A stretch of DNA of 64,000 nucleotides from contig JAGXRP010000021.1 in NCBI GenBank assembly GCA_018335795.1, positions 86 to 64,085 on the forward strand, read 5' to 3'. This stretch comes from Desulfobulbaceae bacterium (GTDB lineage Bacteria > Bacteroidota > Ignavibacteria > Kapaibacteriales > UBA2268). Below the pieces are notes generated by a model that had not been told where the DNA came from, did no database searches, and was given only the letters and a program-made list of their open reading frames with translations. Below, one piece after another: positions 59,050-64,000 of the stretch. How positions within the stretch are numbered: position 1 is the first letter of the stretch; each line of letters begins with the position of its first letter. Both the position numbers and the translations under genes were made by a program.

Positions 59050-61368
59050 TTAAAATTTGAAACTAAGTCCGAGTGTCGGAATAATTGGAAATAGGGTAAC
59101 TTGTCGAACAGTCTTTTTGTATTCGCCTGTATCTTCGTCCCAATCACTAATATACCAAGCGAAAGGATTTTTGCGATTGTAAACATTGTATATATTCATC
59201 GAGAGTTGGAAAGGTAAATCGAACCACGAGAATTTATACATGAAATTCAAATCCATTTTGTGAAATGCGGGCAATCTGGCGCCGTTTCTGTCTGTATATT
59301 GGTATCTCTCGTAACCGCCGTAATACTGTTCCCCTACATCCGGGAAGGAATACACACCTGTCGGCATTGTAAAAGCTTGACCTGTTCCGTAAACCCACGA
59401 AGCACCAAGTTCCCAGTTTTCGCCGAGTTTGTAAGTCAATACTAAATTTATATCATGTCGTCTGTCGTAACGCGGTGAAAACCATCTGCCACCATTAGTT
59501 TCGTCAAATTGGCGTTTAGTCCAAGCAAGAGTGTAGCCAATCCAACCAGTGAACGAGCCGATTTGCTTGTTCAAAAACAGTTCCAATCCATATGCAACGC
59601 CTCTGCCCGATGTGAATTGTTCTTCAATCGGGATTCCGAGAGAAAAATACGAGCCTTCCTTGTACTCATACAAATTTTTCATATCCTTATAATAGACTTC
59701 AGCTGAAAATAGGTATTCCCCTTCTGCAAAAATATGCTCTACACCCAAAACTCCTTGCCAAGATTTGCTTGGTTGGATTTTTTCAGTTGAAGGGAACCAC
59801 AAATCGGTCGGCAAAGTAATGTCATTTCGGACAATCAAATGCAAGAACTGATGTGCCAAAGCAAGCGAGCCTGTCATCGAAGTTTTGTCTGTCAGCTTGT
59901 ATGATGCAGAGAGTCGAGGCTCGAAAGCAAAGTAATCGCCTCCCTGAAAATAATACATCCTCGCACCAAGGTTGGCGTTCATCAAATCGGAAATTTTCCA
60001 TTCATCTTGAAAATACAAAGAGGCTTCGAGTGATTGCAGTTCTTTACTCGTAAATTCATTGGGAACTTCATCGAACATATCGAAACCTAATTCGGAGCGG
60101 AAATTATGCCATATAGTTTCCAAGCCTGTTTTGATAGTATGATTTTGAGCAGGGAAATACTGTGCTTCGGCTCTCAACATAATGTCCTTGATGTGTGAAC
60201 CGGAATTGAAATTTTCGCTCGGTCTTTCATTATTGTAGATTTCAGTATTAAAAGTGTAATCTGTATATATTAAAGAGAAATTAGTAAATATTTGAGGTGA
60301 CAAAATATGCATCCAACGGATATTGGCTGTGCTATTACCCCAACTGATTCCAAAATTCTCATTAGATGATTCGGGTTCTTTAAGTACGTCTCTACCAAAA
60401 AATCCACTGACAAAAAGTCTGTCCGAATCTGATAATTGATAATTCAATTTTGCATTCAAATCATAGAAGTAATAAATCGGGACTTCGTCATTTGTGCCAC
60501 CGCCTGCTAACCAAGTCAGAACATCGAGATACATTCTTCTACCTGACACCATAAATGTGGAGTTATCGTTAATCGGACCTTCGAGTGTAAGCCGTGAACT
60601 AATCATACTCACGCCACCGGAACCCGAAAATTTTTCTTTTGTGCCCTCTTTCATCGTCATATCAAGCACGCTCGACAACCTTCCGCCATATTCAGCCGGA
60701 AAGGCGCCTTTGATTAGCTTAATATCGCGAAGAGCATCGGCATTAAAAACGCTCAAAAATCCACCCAAATGCGATGGATTATAAACAATAACACCATCAA
60801 GCAGATTCAAATTTTGGTCCGGCGAGCCCCCACGAACATATAAACCGCTCGAAAGCTCACTTGCTTGTTGCACACCGGGCAATAGTTGCAGAACTCTGAA
60901 TAAGTCAACTTCGCCGCCAAGTGATGGCATTTTGCTGACAAAATCCGGAGTGACTGTAACGGTAGAAATACGTGCTACCGAAGGCTCGTCACGTTGAGCT
61001 TCGACGGTTATTTCCTGCATCCGCACATCTTCTACTTTCATTTTGATATTTCGACGTACTGACTCATTTGAGCCGATAGAGATTTTTTCGATATAAGTGG
61101 CATAACCCACTCCCCGAGCAACTAAATAATAGCTGCCGGGTTTGATTCCCGGAACCGAATAGTAGCCAAATTTGTTTGAGACCGCTCCGGCGATAGGTTT
61201 TGAGCTTGTTACATTGGAATCGGGGAATATCGCGATTGTCAGCGAAATGACACTCTCGCCCGATAACTCTTCGGTTACAGAGCCCGATAATGAGCCGAGA
61301 CCGTCTTCCTGAGCAAGAAGCATCATACTTGAAAACATCAGAAATATCAAAGCAAATATTTTTTTCAT
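59050..61368 (-). CDS. TonB-dependent receptor with N-terminal carboxypeptidase-like domain
   Basis: SNKFGYYS, GEVDLFRVLQLLPGV, LYVRGGSPDQNLNLLDG, GAFPAEYGGRLSSVLD, C-terminal PTLGLSFKF. Confidence 0.93.
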   Translation of the reverse strand: MKKIFALIFLMFSSMMLLAQEDGLGSLSGSVTEELSGESVISLTIAIFPDSNVTSSKPIAGAVSNKFGYYSVPGIKPGSYYLVARGVGYATYIEKISIGSNESVRRNIKMKVEDVRMQEITVEAQRDEPSVARISTVTVTPDFVSKMPSLGGEVDLFRVLQLLPGVQQASELSSGLYVRGGSPDQNLNLLDGVIVYNPSHLGGFLSVFNADALRDIKLIKGAFPAEYGGRLSSVLDMTMKEGTKEKFSGSGGVSMISSRLTLEGPINDNSTFMVSGRRMYLDVLTWLAGGGTNDEVPIYYFYDLNAKLNYQLSDSDRLFVSGFFGRDVLKEPESSNENFGISWGNSTANIRWMHILSPQIFTNFSLIYTDYTFNTEIYNNERPSENFNSGSHIKDIMLRAEAQYFPAQNHTIKTGLETIWHNFRSELGFDMFDEVPNEFTSKELQSLEASLYFQDEWKISDLMNANLGARMYYFQGGDYFAFEPRLSASYKLTDKTSMTGSLALAHQFLHLIVRNDITLPTDLWFPSTEKIQPSKSWQGVLGVEHIFAEGEYLFSAEVYYKDMKNLYEYKEGSYFSLGIPIEEQFTSGRGVAYGLELFLNKQIGSFTGWIGYTLAWTKRQFDETNGGRWFSPRYDRRHDINLVLTYKLGENWELGASWVYGTGQAFTMPTGVYSFPDVGEQYYGGYERYQYTDRNGARLPAFHKMDLNFMYKFSWFDLPFQLSMNIYNVYNRKNPFAWYISDWDEDTGEYKKTVRQVTLFPIIPTLGLSFKF

Positions 61369-61400
61369 AATTTCCGTTTCTTAATAAAATACTGAAATGA

Positions 61401-61425
61401 TACGAGTCATTTAATTAAAGGTTAC
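61401..61425 (-). promoter_or_regulatory. Putative ECF-type promoter of the TBDR operon
   Basis: Minus strand GTAACC-N15-CGTA. Confidence 0.45.
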
Positions 61426-61474
61426 ACAAATTCAATCTCAGCATACTTTTTTTTTTAATAGAAAAATATCCTAT

Positions 61475-63016
61475 TCAACTTTCCGGCAAATTGATCAAAT
61501 TTTGTTTAATTTCATCAATTCCGACAAAAGCTACAAAATTTATAATTCCAAAAACTCTTTCTTGCAATTTACTATTAGGCAAAATCAGATTTCTAATTTG
61601 CATAAACCTATCAATAAACTCTTCGTTTGACTTTTTCTGAGACGATATTGCTTTCTTTCTAATGTGAATAAGTTGCTCTACAGATTTCGTAAAAGCCGAT
61701 GCCACACTTTTTTCAAGATTTTTGTCAATTTTAATGATATGCCCGGACAATTCATTGTAAATTTGCTTTAGTGTCAGTTCAGCATTCAAGAATGCTAATT
61801 CAGCTTCGTCGCTAAATATATATTTAGGAATTATTTGCATAAATTCATCTTGGTGCGATTTGAATATTTCGGGGTTAATATCATATTTTTCCATAAAACG
61901 AAGACTGCGATTATCTAAGATTGTTACGCTGTGCCGAAGTATAATTCTTGGCATAATAATATTATAATAATTATATAATTTATTTAATTGCGCCAAATAT
62001 GCTAATTCGCCCGGACCTGCAATATATGCCGCAGTCGGCAATACAGCATCTTGCATCAATGGACGTAATAATACTTTCGGGGAAAATGAAATAGGATTTT
62101 CGCTAAATAATTGCTTATAATCATCAAGATTATCTGAATTAATATTTTCGCGAATATTATTTCGGTGATAAAATAAATTAATATCGGAAATTTGTGCTTG
62201 CAAATGATAGCCGAGCGATAATAATTCATCATTTGTTTGATTAACAATTTCAGAAGTTTGCCCGGTATTGTTGAGTTCTTTTTCAGTGAATTTGGCAAAA
62301 AGACCATGCTCTCGAAATTTTTCAGCCGAAATAAATATAAATCCACAATCCGCAATAAAATAGTTAATGAACGTAACAAATGCTTCAGACCACGATTTGC
62401 CGACAGCATAAGAATCATCTAACACCTTCATGATTTCATCGGCATATTGAGTATTTTTTATTGCAACTGCCACTTGCTCTTTTAACCCGGTGATATCATC
62501 GCCAAAGAATCGGTTTGCAATGCTTACGTTTTCCGAATCATAAACTGCACTTAGATTTACAAGCGATAAATTGCTATCGAATAGGTTAATATTGCCGGCT
62601 TCAACAGCGTCGTGGTCGTTATCAGCTACCCAAAATACAGGGACAAAGTCGAATTCGGCGTGTTTAATCTTCATTTTTCGTGCGTAATCAAATGCCGAAA
62701 ATGCCTTTGTCAGGCTATAAATCGGACCACCGAAAAGTCCGGGTTGCTGACCTGTCACAATTGCTAAAGCTTTCCCCGAGCATAATTTTTCGAGATTTTC
62801 GGATTGCAATTCATTCAAGTGCAAATAATGCATTGTGTTCTTGCAAACCTCACGAAGCCTTGAATAGTCGTCTTTACTCTTTAAAATTGCATCAAAAAAG
62901 TGCTTGTCATCGTGACGAGTATTATTGGATAAAAAGCGAGCAGCAAATTCGTCAGAGCGGATAAAATCCCGCACTAACTTCGATGAGCCGCCCAATTCGT
63001 TTGCAATAAGTTTCAT
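61475..63016 (-). CDS. bshC: Bacillithiol biosynthesis cysteine-adding enzyme
   Basis: IVTGQQPGLFGGPIYSLTK, VPVFWVADNDHD, FSPKVLLRPLMQDAVLPTAAYIAGPGELAYLAQL, LQERV. Confidence 0.9.
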   Translation of the reverse strand: MKLIANELGGSSKLVRDFIRSDEFAARFLSNNTRHDDKHFFDAILKSKDDYSRLREVCKNTMHYLHLNELQSENLEKLCSGKALAIVTGQQPGLFGGPIYSLTKAFSAFDYARKMKIKHAEFDFVPVFWVADNDHDAVEAGNINLFDSNLSLVNLSAVYDSENVSIANRFFGDDITGLKEQVAVAIKNTQYADEIMKVLDDSYAVGKSWSEAFVTFINYFIADCGFIFISAEKFREHGLFAKFTEKELNNTGQTSEIVNQTNDELLSLGYHLQAQISDINLFYHRNNIRENINSDNLDDYKQLFSENPISFSPKVLLRPLMQDAVLPTAAYIAGPGELAYLAQLNKLYNYYNIIMPRIILRHSVTILDNRSLRFMEKYDINPEIFKSHQDEFMQIIPKYIFSDEAELAFLNAELTLKQIYNELSGHIIKIDKNLEKSVASAFTKSVEQLIHIRKKAISSQKKSNEEFIDRFMQIRNLILPNSKLQERVFGIINFVAFVGIDEIKQNLINLPES

Positions 63017-63118
63017 ATTTCAAATCAAAATTTATACTAACTCAAAATGAACCAAATTATTGCTTTGGAAGAATTCATGATTTCACCTTAGTTGTCACAA
63101 CTGACAGGACAAGAGGTA

Positions 63119-63167
63119 GGGGTTCGGGGCTTGGGGCTTGGGGTTTGGGGCTTGGGGTTCGGGGTTT
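63119..63167 (+). repeat. Seven tandem 7-bp repeats GGGGYTY
   Basis: ggggttc ggggctt ggggctt ggggttt ggggctt ggggttc ggggttt. Confidence 0.9.
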
Positions 63168-63206
63168 AATACAACGAAGTGGTTAAATTTCTATAGAAAA
63201 CATTCA

Positions 63207-63237
63207 ACCTTCCGAAGTTTCCAAAGCTTCGGAAGGT
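63207..63237. repeat. REP-like palindrome, family B (intergenic)
   Basis: ACCTTCCGAAG-9 nt-CTTCGGAAGGT. Arms and spacing are identical to the in-frame copy at 52482..52512. Confidence 0.8.
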
Positions 63238-63495
63238 ATTTTTTTTATCTCTGAAATTAGCCATGTATAAAGACATCACAATAATAAAAACGATCCATTA
63301 TGTATGTAATTATCATAAATGAATAAAATATAATTTGTTAATATCATAATTGTTGCTTAAATTAGTATTGTGTTACAATGATTTGCTTTAAATATGTTTT
63401 CATGAGTGTTGATTTTCTCTATTCTAAACAATCTTCCATGCTCAAACAAAATAAAAAATTGAAAACTTTATTTTTTTTTAAATAGGAGTGTATTT

Positions 63496-64000
63496 ATGAA
63501 GAGAATTATTCAGGCTGTATTTTTTGTATTGATGTTTTTGTTTGTAACTGATTACATTCAAGCTCAAACAACATATTTTGTAAAGCATGATGCAGCAGGA
63601 GCTAACAACGGCTCAAGCTGGGGCGACGCCTTTACGTCATTCCAATCGGCTCTAGATGTAGCAACGTTAGGCGATGAAATCTGGGTAGCTGCAGGGACTT
63701 ACAAACCAAGTTATGATTATGGATTAGGAGGCGGGTCTAGATATAATCATTTCAGAATGATAGAAGGTGTAGAAATCTATGGTGGCTTTGCCGGGACAGA
63801 AAGTAATGTCTCAGAAAGGACAGATTTTGGTGACGGAGGTGCTAATGAAACTATATTAAGTGGGGACATTGGCTCAATAGGAGACCATACTGATAACTGC
63901 TACCACGTTTTATATCATCCAAGCGGATGGGGACTAACAAGTGCTGCAGTTCTAGACGGCTTTACCATCCAACATGGTTATGCAGACGGAGTTGCAGAAC
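63496..64000 (+). CDS. Secreted pectin-lyase-like/parallel beta-helix protein (runs off the window end; absent from ORF track)
   Basis: AGGAG RBS. MKRIIQAVFFVLMFLFVTDYIQAQTTYFVKHDAAGANNGSSWGDAFTSFQSAL...GDEIWVAAGTYKP...IYGGFAGTE...TILSGDIG...VLDGFTIQHG. Confidence 0.85.
   Translation, partial: MKRIIQAVFFVLMFLFVTDYIQAQTTYFVKHDAAGANNGSSWGDAFTSFQSALDVATLGDEIWVAAGTYKPSYDYGLGGGSRYNHFRMIEGVEIYGGFAGTESNVSERTDFGDGGANETILSGDIGSIGDHTDNCYHVLYHPSGWGLTSAAVLDGFTIQHGYADGVAE

Noticed and set aside
2422-62964. Numerous 60-200 aa ORFs overlapping long CDSs (e.g. 20159..20779, 29522..29977, 51570..52019)
   Set aside because: Antisense or alternate-frame shadows of well-supported genes with no motifs of their own.
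63090-63102. Short palindrome AGTTGT-c-ACAACT
   Set aside because: Only a 6-bp arm and a single copy; insufficient to call an operator.
63119-63167. 7-bp repeat as CRISPR or a coding repeat
   Set aside because: No spacers and no credible ORF.
1-64000. CRISPR array, prophage, IS or integrase
   Set aside because: No repeat-spacer series, phage structural genes, transposase or tyrosine recombinase motifs seen.

Overview
Gene-dense, AT-rich chromosomal window from an FCB-group bacterium. The best fit is Candidatus Kapabacteria or an Ignavibacteria-like lineage. This is inferred from T9SS C-terminal sorting domains (CTDs), TAnnTTTG promoter boxes together with Shine-Dalgarno use, GWxTD, DUF4252/DUF4249 and bshC; no database search was run. 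Housekeeping genes (rsmB, ispD, bamD, purK, ppa, uvrA, thrS, gmk, gltX, ccmB, bshC, tRNA-Pro, tRNA-Ser) are interleaved with many secreted and outer-membrane genes. Two large CDSs run off the window edges and are absent from the ORF track. No CRISPR array, prophage, intact IS or integrase was seen. Main leads: (1) an octaheme c-type cytochrome ending in a T9SS CTD, possibly a T9SS-exported surface cytochrome; (2) an ECF sigma factor coupled to a single-pass anti-sigma-like protein that also ends in a T9SS CTD, possibly a secretion sensor; (3) two families of 33-nt REP-like palindromes found both in intergenic DNA and translated in frame inside a T9SS CTD, plus a free pseudogenised CTD tail; (4) a decayed group IIC intron 3' end just upstream of the cytochrome.
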